Origin: an uncultured Sphingobacteriales bacterium
GTDB lineage: Bacteria; Bacteroidota; Bacteroidia; CAILMK01; CAYYUA01
Length of the DNA: 64,000 nt
Direction of reading: 5' to 3'
NCBI GenBank assembly: GCA_964595485.1
Contig: CAZQQN010000006.1
Span: 7,633 to 71,632, forward strand
In this document: positions 29,250 to 38,903 of the stretch, piece by piece
How positions within the stretch are numbered: position 1 is the stretch's first letter
How the letters are laid out: each line of letters opens with the position of its first letter
Notes under the pieces: generated by a model
What the model saw: only the letters and a program-made list of their open reading frames with translations
Told to the model about the DNA's origin: nothing
Databases searched by the model: none
Program-made: the position numbers and the translations under genes

Positions 29250-30254
29250 CTAAACCAAATTTCCCAATTGATTGATTAAATCTGCTGTCCTTTGGGAATA
29301 GCCACTTTCGTTATCGTACCAGCCTACAATTTTGATTGAATCTCCGACCTTGTCGGTGAGCTGTGAGTCAAAAATACAGGAATGCTTATTGCCTAAAATA
29401 TCACTGGATACCAAAGGGTCTTCTGCATATTCAATGATACCTTTTAGGTTGTTTTGCGATGCTTCTTTGAATGCTTTGTTAATTTCCGTTTCGCTTACCT
29501 CCTTTTCCAGAGTGCATGAAAAATCTGTTAATGAGCCGGTAAGTACGGGTACGCGGTAAGCCAATGCAGATAGTTTCCCTTCGAGGTTAGGAATAACTTT
29601 GGTTGTAGCTTTAGCAGCGCCGGTAGAAGTGGGAATAATATTCTGAGCAGCAGCTCTTGCCCTTCTCATATCTTTATGCGGACCATCCTGAAGGTTTTGG
29701 TCAGCGGTGTAGGCATGGATTGTTGACATGAAACCCTCTTTGATACCTCCTATCTCGTCCAAAACTTTAACCATTGGTGCAAAGCAGTTAGTTGTGCAAG
29801 AGGCATTGGAAACAATGGAGATATCATGAGATAGCAATTCATCATTAACGCCCTTAACAAAAGTCGGGATCTCATCGCTCTTTGCAGGAGCCGATAAAAC
29901 AACCTTTTTTGCACCGGCATCTATGTGTTTTTGAGCATCTTCTGTTTTCAGGAATTTACCAGTTGCTTCCAACACGATATCTACTTCATATTCCTGCCAA
30001 GGTAATTCTGAAGGTTCCTTAATGGCCGTTGTCGCTATCGTTTTACCATCTACTTTTAAGCTCTTTTCAAAGGCTTCTGTAGGTTTTTCATAGCGTCCTG
30101 AGCCGGTATCGTATTTCAGGAGATGGGCTAAAGTCTCATTATCGGTGAGATCATTGATGGCTACAACCTGTACTTCCGGGTTATCCATCAAATACTTGAA
30201 AGTCAGCCTTCCGATGCGCCCGAAGCCATTAATTGCTACTTTTGTTTGCCCCAT
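29250..30254 (-). CDS. gap: Type I glyceraldehyde-3-phosphate dehydrogenase
   Basis: 334 aa. NGFGRIGR NAD-binding motif. Active-site SNASCTTNC. Confidence 0.95.
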   Translation of the reverse strand: MGQTKVAINGFGRIGRLTFKYLMDNPEVQVVAINDLTDNETLAHLLKYDTGSGRYEKPTEAFEKSLKVDGKTIATTAIKEPSELPWQEYEVDIVLEATGKFLKTEDAQKHIDAGAKKVVLSAPAKSDEIPTFVKGVNDELLSHDISIVSNASCTTNCFAPMVKVLDEIGGIKEGFMSTIHAYTADQNLQDGPHKDMRRARAAAQNIIPTSTGAAKATTKVIPNLEGKLSALAYRVPVLTGSLTDFSCTLEKEVSETEINKAFKEASQNNLKGIIEYAEDPLVSSDILGNKHSCIFDSQLTDKVGDSIKIVGWYDNESGYSQRTADLINQLGNLV

Positions 30255-30474
30255 TTTACTGGTTTTTAGGTGGTTTGTTACTGCAAAATTAATTAAACCT
30301 CAATAGTCAATTGAAGTTTTTTCGCTGAAACAATCATTATGTAAACTAACCAATTAAGTAGCCAAGCATAAAGGCCTGATATTCTTAGGTTTGATTATGA
30401 GTAAAAGGGTAGAAAAAACATTTCCATTAAACCTTAACCGTTAATTTAGCATTACAAATAAGTGTTTTACTATT

Positions 30475-30503
30475 TTGAAAATTCTGAAAGGGTGTTACCT
30501 TTG
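30475..30503 (+). promoter_or_regulatory. Candidate Bacteroidota sigma-A promoter (TTG-N18-TACCTTTG) for tRNA-Glu
   Basis: TTG at 30475-30477 and TACCTTTG at 30496-30503 match the -33/-7 consensus (TTG ... TAnnTTTG), about 55 nt upstream of the tRNA. Confidence 0.35.
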
Positions 30504-30557
30504 CACCCGTTTAATGGAAGGGACACATAAAAAGCTCTCTTTTTATTTTATCCATAT

Positions 30558-30629
30558 GGCCCGTTCGTCTAACGGTTAGGACGCCAGGTTTTCAACCTGG
30601 AAATAGGGGTTCAATTCCCCTACGGGCTA
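30558..30629 (+). tRNA. tRNA-Glu (anticodon UUC)
   Basis: Cloverleaf readable by eye. Acceptor GGCCCGT/ACGGGCT (G1-U72 wobble). Anticodon stem CCAGG/CCTGG with loop TT-TTC-AA. T-arm AGGGG-TTCAATT-CCCCT. CCA is not encoded. Confidence 0.8.
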
Positions 30630-30733
30630 CTTTCTTACCCGATCGCACCATTGTAGCAATTTCTCTTTATAAGGTGTCTACTGGAGTAGCTTGTTCAATC
30701 ATCTTAAGTTATTAGGAAAAAACCCTCATATTC

Positions 30734-31135
30734 CTACGATAGAAATCGATTTGCGATATCCGGAGTTGGTATCATACAAGCATCACGCTTTCCAAACCAT
30801 CGGTACCTGAATCGCGCAATGAAGTCATACACCAAGTCTCGTATTAGAGGCGGGACTAGAATGAAAATATAAAGTAATTTTCCCCAGTAACTTAGGTTTT
30901 TAGCAATTATTAAGGCAGCCGTAGATTTCAAATACACATTATCGCCTTCTAATAGAACAATGGAATCCACTGAATTGCTTATATAATCGAAAATTGTTGC
31001 TTTAGCATAATTTGAGCTCAAAGGGGCCAGTAAATATTGGCCTTTTTTGTCATTAGCAATAACCCATTGCACAGCGCTATTACATAAGTTGCAGTAACCG
31101 TCAAAAAAAATAACAGGTTGGTTTTTACGTTCCAT
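30734..31135 (-). CDS. Thiol-disulfide oxidoreductase DCC family protein (DUF393)
   Basis: N-terminal PVIFFDGYCNLCNSAVQWV motif typical of DUF393/DCC. The start is probably the internal Met (MERKNQ...); the track start at 31162 is also possible. Confidence 0.75.
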   Translation of the reverse strand: MERKNQPVIFFDGYCNLCNSAVQWVIANDKKGQYLLAPLSSNYAKATIFDYISNSVDSIVLLEGDNVYLKSTAALIIAKNLSYWGKLLYIFILVPPLIRDLVYDFIARFRYRWFGKRDACMIPTPDIANRFLS

Positions 31136-31225
31136 AGAAGTCATTAAACGATAGTTATTCAATTTTGTTAATATAGGTCTCGATTCAATTACTCACTAAA
31201 TTGATCAATAAATAAGTTTTCTTCA

Positions 31226-33577
31226 ATGTTAAGGAAAAACCTTTTTATCCTTTTTTTATGTCTTATTCCATACTCTCTCACTGCACAACAAAGCTATACA
31301 CTAAGTGGTTACATAAAGGACAAAGAAACCGGAGAGAATTTAACAGGTGCCAACATTATTGTTCAAAATACAGGGGAAGGGGCGGTTAGCAATGATTATG
31401 GTTTTTATTCCCTTAGCCTTGAATCCGGTGAATATGTAGCCGTTTTCCAATATGTTGGCTATGAGGTGAAGAGAAAAACTATTACCCTGGATGAAGATAA
31501 GCGCATTTCGGTTTCCCTTTCCCCAAAAGCCATTAATACAGAAACGGTTGAGATTAAGGGTGAAAGGCCTGACGCGAATATTGAAAATGTGGAGATAGGA
31601 AGTGAAGAAATGGATATCGAAAAAATCGAGAAAATGCCTGCCCTGATGGGTGAAGTAGATATCATGAAATCATTGCAGCTTTTACCCGGCGTTCAATCTT
31701 CAGGGGAAGGGAGTTCAGGCTTTAGGGTTAGAGGAGGTGGGCCGAATCAAAATCTGGTTCTCCTGGATGAAGCTGTTGTTTACAATACAGGTCACCTTTT
31801 TGGTTTTTTCTCTGTTTTTAATTCGGATGCCATCAATAATACTAAGCTATACAAAGGTGGCATTCCTGCCAGATATGGAGGGAGGCTTTCTTCCGTTGTG
31901 GATATTTCAATGAAAGAAGGTAACCGTAAGGAATTCAAAGCAGAGGGTGGTATTGGCTTAATATCCTCCAAGTTAACGATGGAAGGACCTATCGACTCGG
32001 GTAAAGGCTCCTTTATGGTTTCCGGCCGGCGTACTTACATAGATGTTCTGACTAAGCCCTTTATAGAAGGTACTGATCTTGAAGGCAATTCTTACTTCTT
32101 TTATGACTTGAATGCCAAAGCCAATTACCGGTTTTCTGACAAAGACAGGCTTTTTATAAGCGGTTACTTTGGCAGGGATGTTTTTAATTTTAACAGTAAC
32201 TCCGGAGATTTTGGCGTTAATATGCCTTGGGGTAACGCAACAGGCACCCTTCGCTGGAACCATCTATTCAATGATAAACTTTTCATGAATACCTCGCTCA
32301 TCTTCAATGATTACAATTTCGAAATCGGTATACAGCAGGAAAATTGGGACTTCGGGCTTTTATCCGGAATAAGGGATTGGAATGCTAAGACGGATTTTTC
32401 CTGGTATCCAAACGCCAAGCACACGGTCAAGTTTGGTTTTGATTATACTTACCATACTTTCATTCCCAGCACAGCATCCGGTGAGTCCAGTGATGGTGTT
32501 GAAATTCAAACAGATGATGTGCGAAAAAAATATGCTCATGAAGGTAGTATTTATATTCAAGATGAATGGGAATTGAACAACAAATGGCGCTTTAATGGTG
32601 GTTTAAGACTATCAGGTTTTCACCAGATCGGGCCTTATGATTACTATGATAACCAAGCGGATACCCTGATCAAAAGTTACGGAGAAAATGAAGGTGTTAC
32701 CACTTTTTATGGGCTTGAACCCAGGCTTAAAGCTCGTTATAAAATCAACCAAAAGTCTTCTCTGAAAGCTTCTTATACCAGGACTCTGCAATATATACAC
32801 TTGGTTTCTAATTCCGGTACTACCTTACCAACTGATGTATGGGTGCCGAGTACGAAAAATGTTAAGCCGGAAAGGGCTAACCAGATTGCTGGTGGCTATT
32901 TCAGGAATTTCAATGACAATATGTTCGAAACTTCCCTGCAGCTATATTACCGGAATATGGATAATCAAATAGAATACGACAATGGTTACCAACCTCAGTT
33001 AGACCGTCAGCTGGAGCGAGATTTCGTTTATGGTAGAAGCGAATCATTCGGGGCTGAAATTTATATTAAGAAGCGAAAAGGGGATTTTACAGGCTGGATT
33101 AGTTATACTTTGTCCAAGACTACCCGATATTTTGATGATTTGCGAACCGAGGTTTTTCCATCTAAGTATGATAGGCGACATGATTTATCTGTTGTTGGAA
33201 ATTATGAGCTTGGTGACCGCTGGACTATTAGCTCCACTTTTGTGTATGGAACAGGCCAGGCTACCACTTTACCGGCCAGGCGTACTTTGATAGAGGGTGC
33301 GGTGCATAACGTCTATGGTGAGCGGAATGGTTATCGACTGCAACCCTACCATAGGTTAGATCTATCTGTTACGCTAGGCCCGAAGAACCCAGAAAAAAAG
33401 GATTTTCATTCCTCCTGGGTTTTTTCTGTTTACAACATATACAACAGGCAAAACCCATTTTTCATTTACTTTGAAAACCAAGGGAGCTTGCTGTCCGGTT
33501 CGCTTGAAACTCAGGCCAAAAAAGTTTCCCTTTTTCCCATTTTGCCCTCTATTCGGTGGAATTTTAAATTCAACTAA
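31226..33577 (+). CDS. TonB-dependent outer-membrane receptor with an N-terminal carboxypeptidase-regulatory-like domain
   Basis: 783 aa. Signal peptide. CarbopepD_reg-like YTLSGYIKDKETGENLTGANIIV. Plug region, then a beta-barrel with aromatic-rich C-terminal strands ending ...WNFKFN. Confidence 0.85.
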   Translation: MLRKNLFILFLCLIPYSLTAQQSYTLSGYIKDKETGENLTGANIIVQNTGEGAVSNDYGFYSLSLESGEYVAVFQYVGYEVKRKTITLDEDKRISVSLSPKAINTETVEIKGERPDANIENVEIGSEEMDIEKIEKMPALMGEVDIMKSLQLLPGVQSSGEGSSGFRVRGGGPNQNLVLLDEAVVYNTGHLFGFFSVFNSDAINNTKLYKGGIPARYGGRLSSVVDISMKEGNRKEFKAEGGIGLISSKLTMEGPIDSGKGSFMVSGRRTYIDVLTKPFIEGTDLEGNSYFFYDLNAKANYRFSDKDRLFISGYFGRDVFNFNSNSGDFGVNMPWGNATGTLRWNHLFNDKLFMNTSLIFNDYNFEIGIQQENWDFGLLSGIRDWNAKTDFSWYPNAKHTVKFGFDYTYHTFIPSTASGESSDGVEIQTDDVRKKYAHEGSIYIQDEWELNNKWRFNGGLRLSGFHQIGPYDYYDNQADTLIKSYGENEGVTTFYGLEPRLKARYKINQKSSLKASYTRTLQYIHLVSNSGTTLPTDVWVPSTKNVKPERANQIAGGYFRNFNDNMFETSLQLYYRNMDNQIEYDNGYQPQLDRQLERDFVYGRSESFGAEIYIKKRKGDFTGWISYTLSKTTRYFDDLRTEVFPSKYDRRHDLSVVGNYELGDRWTISSTFVYGTGQATTLPARRTLIEGAVHNVYGERNGYRLQPYHRLDLSVTLGPKNPEKKDFHSSWVFSVYNIYNRQNPFFIYFENQGSLLSGSLETQAKKVSLFPILPSIRWNFKFN

Positions 33578-33586
33578 CCTTTACCA

Positions 33587-34573
33587 ATGAAGATACTTGA
33601 ACAACTCAAAAGCAGCCTTAATTATACCCTTTCCTCTAAGTACTTTCTTGCTGTAAGCTGCCTTGCCCTGATTTTAAATGGTTGTGAGGAAAACATTGAT
33701 GTGGATCTGCCCGAAAAAGAAGAAAGCCTTGTAATCGAGAGTCATATAGAAAACGGTTTGCCCCCCTATGCGATATTAACCAAAGATCAGCCCTATTTTG
33801 AAGAAATAAATGAAGAAGCTCTTAATGATGTTTTTGTGGAAAACATTGACACCTGCTGGGTTACTAATTTTAAGGATACAATGGCTTTGCAAAAGGTAAA
33901 CCCGCGTAATCTACCGTCCGAATTAAGGGAGATATTCATTGAAGTTTTTCGGGTGGAGGAATCTGATTTCCGGGAAGGTCTGGAACTGGTTATTTATTTA
34001 CCCGATTTCAGGAGTGATAATTTTTTCACTGGAAAACCGGGTGGCAATTACAAAATGTACGTTAAAACGCCCAATCATGAAGCGACTGCGACAACCACTA
34101 TAACCAAACAAGCCAATCTGGACTCACTCTACTACGAAATAGAGGGACCCAATGATGACTATGCCCAAGCTTTTATCAAAGTGGATGATCCGAAAGGTGA
34201 ACCCTATTATTACCGATATTTAACAAAAAGGAATGATGAACCATTTTATGCACCGGTTGCGGGTTCAGTAGCAAGCGATGAGGCGGTGGATGGTACTACT
34301 TTCAAGTTCCCTATTAACAGGGCTTATCCCAGGGCCGGCGCCAATCCTTCAGATGAAACATTTGGGCTCTTTAAAGTGAGAGACACCGTCATAGTCAAAT
34401 TCTGCGCGATCGATGAGGAGCATTATAATTACTGGAGCACGCTTGAAGAGGATTTAAGAAACCAGGGGAATCCCTTTGGGTCACCTACCATTATCCAAAG
34501 CAATGTCAATGGTGGCTTAGGTATATTCGGGGGCTATTCTTGTGACTATGATACGGTGGTAATAAGTAAATAA
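33587..34573 (+). CDS. DUF4249-type lipoprotein paired with the TonB-dependent receptor
   Basis: 328 aa. Lipobox LNGC. The position immediately downstream of a CarbopepD-type TonB receptor is the usual context of DUF4249 in Bacteroidota. Assignment is by context and size only. Confidence 0.5.
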   Translation: MKILEQLKSSLNYTLSSKYFLAVSCLALILNGCEENIDVDLPEKEESLVIESHIENGLPPYAILTKDQPYFEEINEEALNDVFVENIDTCWVTNFKDTMALQKVNPRNLPSELREIFIEVFRVEESDFREGLELVIYLPDFRSDNFFTGKPGGNYKMYVKTPNHEATATTTITKQANLDSLYYEIEGPNDDYAQAFIKVDDPKGEPYYYRYLTKRNDEPFYAPVAGSVASDEAVDGTTFKFPINRAYPRAGANPSDETFGLFKVRDTVIVKFCAIDEEHYNYWSTLEEDLRNQGNPFGSPTIIQSNVNGGLGIFGGYSCDYDTVVISK

Positions 34574-34581
34574 AGGAAAAT

Positions 34582-35049
34582 TTAACGCTTTTCCCTGAAA
34601 AATTCCTGAATGAACGAACGGCATTCTTCCTCCTCTACACCGGGTGTTATTTGCGTATTGGGATGAAGGATGTTAGGCTCATATTTTGTGAATCCCTTTT
34701 TATCATCGTGAGCACCAAAAATTAAGCCTTCTATATGGGCCCATGCCAAGGCCCCTGCACACATTGGACAAGGCTCAACCGTTACGTACACCCGGCATTC
34801 ATTCAAATACTTACTACCTAAATATTCAGTCGCAGATGTTAGTGCAATCATCTCTGCATGGGCTGTCACATCCTGTAATTGCTCAGTCATATTGTGGCCT
34901 TTGGCAATTATTTGACGATTACTAACAACAACGGCTCCGATTGGAATCTCACCTTTATCTTCAGCTATTTGAGCCTGTTTCAGGGCTTCCTTCATGTAGT
35001 GCTCATCTGAAAATACACTAAAGGTCATTTTTGCCTTAAATTTGGCCAA
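34582..35049 (-). CDS. tadA: tRNA-specific adenosine deaminase
   Basis: 155 aa. HAEMIAL and VTVEPCPMCAGAL zinc motifs. EALKQAQIAEDKGEIPIGAVVV N-terminus typical of TadA. Confidence 0.85.
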   Translation of the reverse strand: MAKFKAKMTFSVFSDEHYMKEALKQAQIAEDKGEIPIGAVVVSNRQIIAKGHNMTEQLQDVTAHAEMIALTSATEYLGSKYLNECRVYVTVEPCPMCAGALAWAHIEGLIFGAHDDKKGFTKYEPNILHPNTQITPGVEEEECRSFIQEFFREKR

Positions 35050-35190
35050 AATTTAAATTAGTTTTTGAGATAATTGTGTTTTAAGCCTTCAAATTCTATA
35101 TTTCAGGCATGATTTTTTCAAAGTTAAGCTTGATCGGTATGATTTAGTTTTAAATGGCCCCAAAAACGGGTAATTTGTGAATTTTGTTTA

Positions 35191-37644
35191 GTGCCAGGTA
35201 AAAAAAGCTTCTTTATGTTAAAGCGGATACTTCTCCCATTTATAGCTTTATGGATAGTTGGAATCGAGCCAGCATCTTCTCAAATCCTGGAACCTGTTAA
35301 ATGGGAATACAATGTAGCCAAAAAAGGTGATAAGGTCTACGAACTTAAGCTTGTAGCCAATATTGATTCAGGTTGGCATATTTATGGGCAGGAAATTGAT
35401 GGGGAAGGCCCAGTACCTACTTCATTTAAATTTCAAGATGATGAGGAATATAAGTTGCTTGGAGAAGTTGAACCTCGTGAAGAAGGCACCGTGAAGCAGG
35501 ATGAGATGTTCGGAGCCGAATTCACCACATTTCATGGAAAAACCGTTTTTGTACAAAAGGTGAGAATAAAAGATGGGGCTGATGTTGATCGCATAAGTGG
35601 AGAGCTGGAATTTATGACCTGCACGGAAGGCAAGTGCCTGCCGCCTACTAACAAAAATTTCACCTTTCAATTAAAAGGGAATTCCCCGGATAAAAATAAA
35701 GCGAAAAACAAACAATCTAAAGAAGAATCCAGCAGTTGGGAATCTGATAATGGAAAGGAAAATGATAAAAAGACTTCCAATAAAGAGAGTGGAAACAGCA
35801 AAGATCTTTTAGATCCGGTTGACTGGGATTATAAGCTGGAAAAACTAGAAGGGAATCTATTTAAACTCACCATCAAAGCTGACATTCAAGATGGATGGCG
35901 TATTTACGGGCAAGATATTGATGAAGGCGGGCCAGAGGCAACCAGTTTCAATATGCACGCCGATGAGCAACCCATAACGACTCAGGGTAATATCCAGCCG
36001 GTTAAAGATCCAGTAAGCAAGTATGACTCCGTGTTTGGGATGAAATTGACCTATTTCAAAAATTCGGCCCGGTTCATTCAAAGGCTCAAACTGGAGAAGA
36101 AGATCAAAAATTTTGATGCTGAGGTCCGGTATATGACCTGTGATAATAGCCGTTGCCTTCCTCCTGAAGAAGAAACCCTAAATATAGAATTAACGAAAGA
36201 AGAATTAGCCGGTGTCAAAGAGCTCAAATCAACAAACAGTAGTGATAATGATACCCCAAAAACGATGTGGGGAATTTTCATTGCTGGTTTTGCGGGCGGA
36301 TTCGTAGCCCTGCTAACCCCTTGCGTATTTCCCATGATTCCTTTAACGGTAAGCTTTTTTACAAAGAGTAGTGCCAATAAGACCAGGGGTATCATTAATG
36401 CTTTGATATATGGACTTTCTATCGTTATCATTTATGTAGGCCTTGGGTTTTTGGTTACTAAATTATTTGGCCCAAGCGCATTGAATGAAATGGCAAGTAA
36501 TATTTGGTTTAACCTGGCTTTTTTCGTGATTTTCCTGACGTTTGCCATTTCACTCTTTGGAGCTTTTGAGCTTACATTACCTTCATCCTGGGCTAATAAA
36601 GCAGATCAAATGTCCGATAAGGGAGGCCTAATCGGAATATTTTTCATGGCTTTTACACTTGCGGTGGTATCATTCTCTTGCACCGGGCCGATTATAGGCC
36701 CTTTGTTAGTGCAATCCGCTGTTATGGGCGGTAATATCGGACCAATAATGGGAATGGGTGGGTTCTCATTGGCCCTTGCATTGCCATTCACCCTTTTTGC
36801 AGTATTCCCCGGTTGGCTCAATACCCTTCCAAAGTCCGGGGGTTGGATGAATACCGTTAAAGTGACGCTTGGATTCCTGGAATTGGGACTTGCCCTGAAA
36901 TTTCTTTCAAACGTTGATATGGCTTACAGTTGGGGTATCCTGCCCCGTGAAATATTCCTTGGTCTTTGGATGCTTATTGCTCTGGCTCTTGCATTATACT
37001 TATTCGGTATTTACAAGTTTCCTCATGATAGCCCAGGTAAAAGGTTTTCCATACCAAGTGCGGTTTTCGGACTCTTCTTTTTGGCTTTTGCAGGATATGC
37101 AGGGAGCGGTATTGCCGGCAACACGCTCCATTATTTGAGTGGATTTCCACCGCCAAGCTTTTACTCGGTATGGGAAAGTAAAGATTGCCCCCAGAATTTT
37201 AACTGCTTTCATGATTATGATAAAGCTTTGACCCATGCTAAGCAGGTTAATAAGCCACTCATGCTTGATTTTACCGGCTGGTCATGCGTAAATTGCCGTA
37301 AAATGGAAGAAAATGTTTGGATTAAACCTGATATTAAGCAATTAATAAGTGAAGAATACATTTTAGTGTCACTATATGTAGATGAAAAAAAGAAATTGCC
37401 AAAGGATGAGCGCTATGTATCTGATTTCAGTGATCAGAAAATAACCACAGTTGGCAATAAGTGGAGTGATTTCCAGGCAAGCCGCTTCGGAGCTAATTCT
37501 CAACCATATTACGTACTTCTTGACCAGGATGGAGAGAAATTAATAGACCCCAAAGGATATACGCCTAATCCTGAAGCCTACGAAGCTTTTCTGAAAAAAG
37601 GTCTGAAAGCTTTCAACAAGAACCAAAAGGAGGTTTCTCGCTAA
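35191..37644 (+). CDS. dsbD: Thiol:disulfide interchange protein DsbD with two tandem DsbD-alpha-like domains and a C-terminal thioredoxin domain
   Basis: 817 aa. Two repeats of the SGWHIYGQ...MTCxxxxCLPP pattern (DsbD-alpha-like). A central 8-TM DsbD-beta core with a conserved Cys. C-terminal thioredoxin WSCVNCRKM. Confidence 0.9.
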   Translation: MPGKKSFFMLKRILLPFIALWIVGIEPASSQILEPVKWEYNVAKKGDKVYELKLVANIDSGWHIYGQEIDGEGPVPTSFKFQDDEEYKLLGEVEPREEGTVKQDEMFGAEFTTFHGKTVFVQKVRIKDGADVDRISGELEFMTCTEGKCLPPTNKNFTFQLKGNSPDKNKAKNKQSKEESSSWESDNGKENDKKTSNKESGNSKDLLDPVDWDYKLEKLEGNLFKLTIKADIQDGWRIYGQDIDEGGPEATSFNMHADEQPITTQGNIQPVKDPVSKYDSVFGMKLTYFKNSARFIQRLKLEKKIKNFDAEVRYMTCDNSRCLPPEEETLNIELTKEELAGVKELKSTNSSDNDTPKTMWGIFIAGFAGGFVALLTPCVFPMIPLTVSFFTKSSANKTRGIINALIYGLSIVIIYVGLGFLVTKLFGPSALNEMASNIWFNLAFFVIFLTFAISLFGAFELTLPSSWANKADQMSDKGGLIGIFFMAFTLAVVSFSCTGPIIGPLLVQSAVMGGNIGPIMGMGGFSLALALPFTLFAVFPGWLNTLPKSGGWMNTVKVTLGFLELGLALKFLSNVDMAYSWGILPREIFLGLWMLIALALALYLFGIYKFPHDSPGKRFSIPSAVFGLFFLAFAGYAGSGIAGNTLHYLSGFPPPSFYSVWESKDCPQNFNCFHDYDKALTHAKQVNKPLMLDFTGWSCVNCRKMEENVWIKPDIKQLISEEYILVSLYVDEKKKLPKDERYVSDFSDQKITTVGNKWSDFQASRFGANSQPYYVLLDQDGEKLIDPKGYTPNPEAYEAFLKKGLKAFNKNQKEVSR

Positions 37645-37666
37645 TCAATTTGTAAACTGCCTTTAA

Positions 37667-38254
37667 ATGGATTTAACTCGCAAACACTTAGAAGAAGCCC
37701 AGGACGTTTTGAATTGGTTCTTGGCTGATGATCAGAATATCCGGCAAGTTGAAAAAGGTGGTGAGCTTTTAGCCAAGGTACTTGAAAATGGCAATAAGGT
37801 ACTATCATGCGGAAATGGTGGATCTATGAGTGATTCGATGCATTTTGCTGAAGAACTTGTGGGTAAATTCCGCGATGAAAGAAGAGCGCTTCCGGCAATA
37901 GCCCTTGGTGCTGATCCTTCTTTCACAAGCTGTACGTCAAATGATTTCGGGTATGAATATGTGTTTGAAAGAGGTTTGGCGGCTTTCGCGCATGAAGGAG
38001 ATGTCCTACTCGGTATTTCCACAAGCGGTAATTCAGGCAATGTGGTAAAGGCGGTTGATTTAGCCCGAAATAAGGGATTGAATGTGATTTGTTTAACAGG
38101 GAAAGATGGCGGTGAATTAGCCGGAAAATGTGACGTGGAAGTCAGAGTACCTCATTTTGGCTACGCTGATCGGATTCAGGAAATCCACATCAAGGTCATT
38201 CATACTTTTATTGATATGGTGGAAAAGCGGTTAGGTATCTCTCAATCTGGGTAG
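37667..38254 (+). CDS. gmhA: SIS-domain phosphoheptose isomerase (GmhA/DiaA family)
   Basis: 195 aa. [19 protein letters not shown] and [16 protein letters not shown] motifs. Confidence 0.75.
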   Translation: MDLTRKHLEEAQDVLNWFLADDQNIRQVEKGGELLAKVLENGNKVLSCGNGGSMSDSMHFAEELVGKFRDERRALPAIALGADPSFTSCTSNDFGYEYVFERGLAAFAHEGDVLLGISTSGNSGNVVKAVDLARNKGLNVICLTGKDGGELAGKCDVEVRVPHFGYADRIQEIHIKVIHTFIDMVEKRLGISQSG

Positions 38255-38282
38255 GCTTAAAATCTTCATCATCTAACCGCAT

Positions 38283-38900
38283 TTAATCATCAAATTTTTT
38301 CTCACCAGCTCTGATAACGGCGTCAAGCCTGTTATCTTCCGGAGGAATTGGGCAAGTAAACTCGCCATTATAAGTACAATAGGGATTGTAAGCCTGGTTG
38401 AAATCCAGTATAGTGGTATCACCTCCACCAAGTTTTTTCTTATCTAAGTACCGTCCACCTTCATAAGTGCTGTGACCATTGGTCCGGTCATAGAAAGGAA
38501 TGAAAATGGTGTTCTTGTTACCATCTTTAGACTCAAGGTTTTTATAAGCAAACAGGGAAAGGGATTGATCATGCAAATCGAACTTAAGCTTAGCATATTG
38601 GCTATAAAGCTTTTTCTCCCCATTGGTATAAGCCATTTTAATGGTATCAGGTTTGCCAACCTTCTGGACATCGGCTATTACCCGGTATTTTTTCTTAACG
38701 GGGAAGTAATTAAGGCTCCTGAAACCCATCTGTTGTTGTTCTCTTAGGGGAGAAGCATCTGCATACTTGAAATGTTTGTCTTTTTCAAAACGCTTTCTTT
38801 TGACCTTAGCCTTATAACTTAACTCATCCTGAGAGCATTGCCATATAAAAGGGGTTAAGGTGATAACTATTAGAAGCAGAATGAAGCTGTTTTTCCTCAT
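38283..38900 (-). CDS. Hypothetical secreted/lipoprotein (DUF1684-like)
   Basis: 205 aa. N-terminal signal/lipobox (IWQCSQ). C-terminal YCTYNGEFTCPIPPEDN Cys-containing motif. Last gene of a three-gene minus-strand cluster. Confidence 0.45.
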   Translation of the reverse strand: MRKNSFILLLIVITLTPFIWQCSQDELSYKAKVKRKRFEKDKHFKYADASPLREQQQMGFRSLNYFPVKKKYRVIADVQKVGKPDTIKMAYTNGEKKLYSQYAKLKFDLHDQSLSLFAYKNLESKDGNKNTIFIPFYDRTNGHSTYEGGRYLDKKKLGGGDTTILDFNQAYNPYCTYNGEFTCPIPPEDNRLDAVIRAGEKKFDD

Positions 38901-38903
38901 TGA

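Noticed and set aside
28972-29253. 93-aa ORF spanning the deaminase 3' end and the intergenic terminator
   Set aside because: It overlaps a supported gene in another frame and runs through the terminator hairpin. Implausible as a gene.
30558-30629. Reading the tRNA on the minus strand as tRNA-Phe (GAA)
   Set aside because: The reverse complement lacks a proper T-arm (GGTTCAATTCC is only on the + strand). Its acceptor pairing is also worse. The + strand tRNA-Glu(UUC) is retained.
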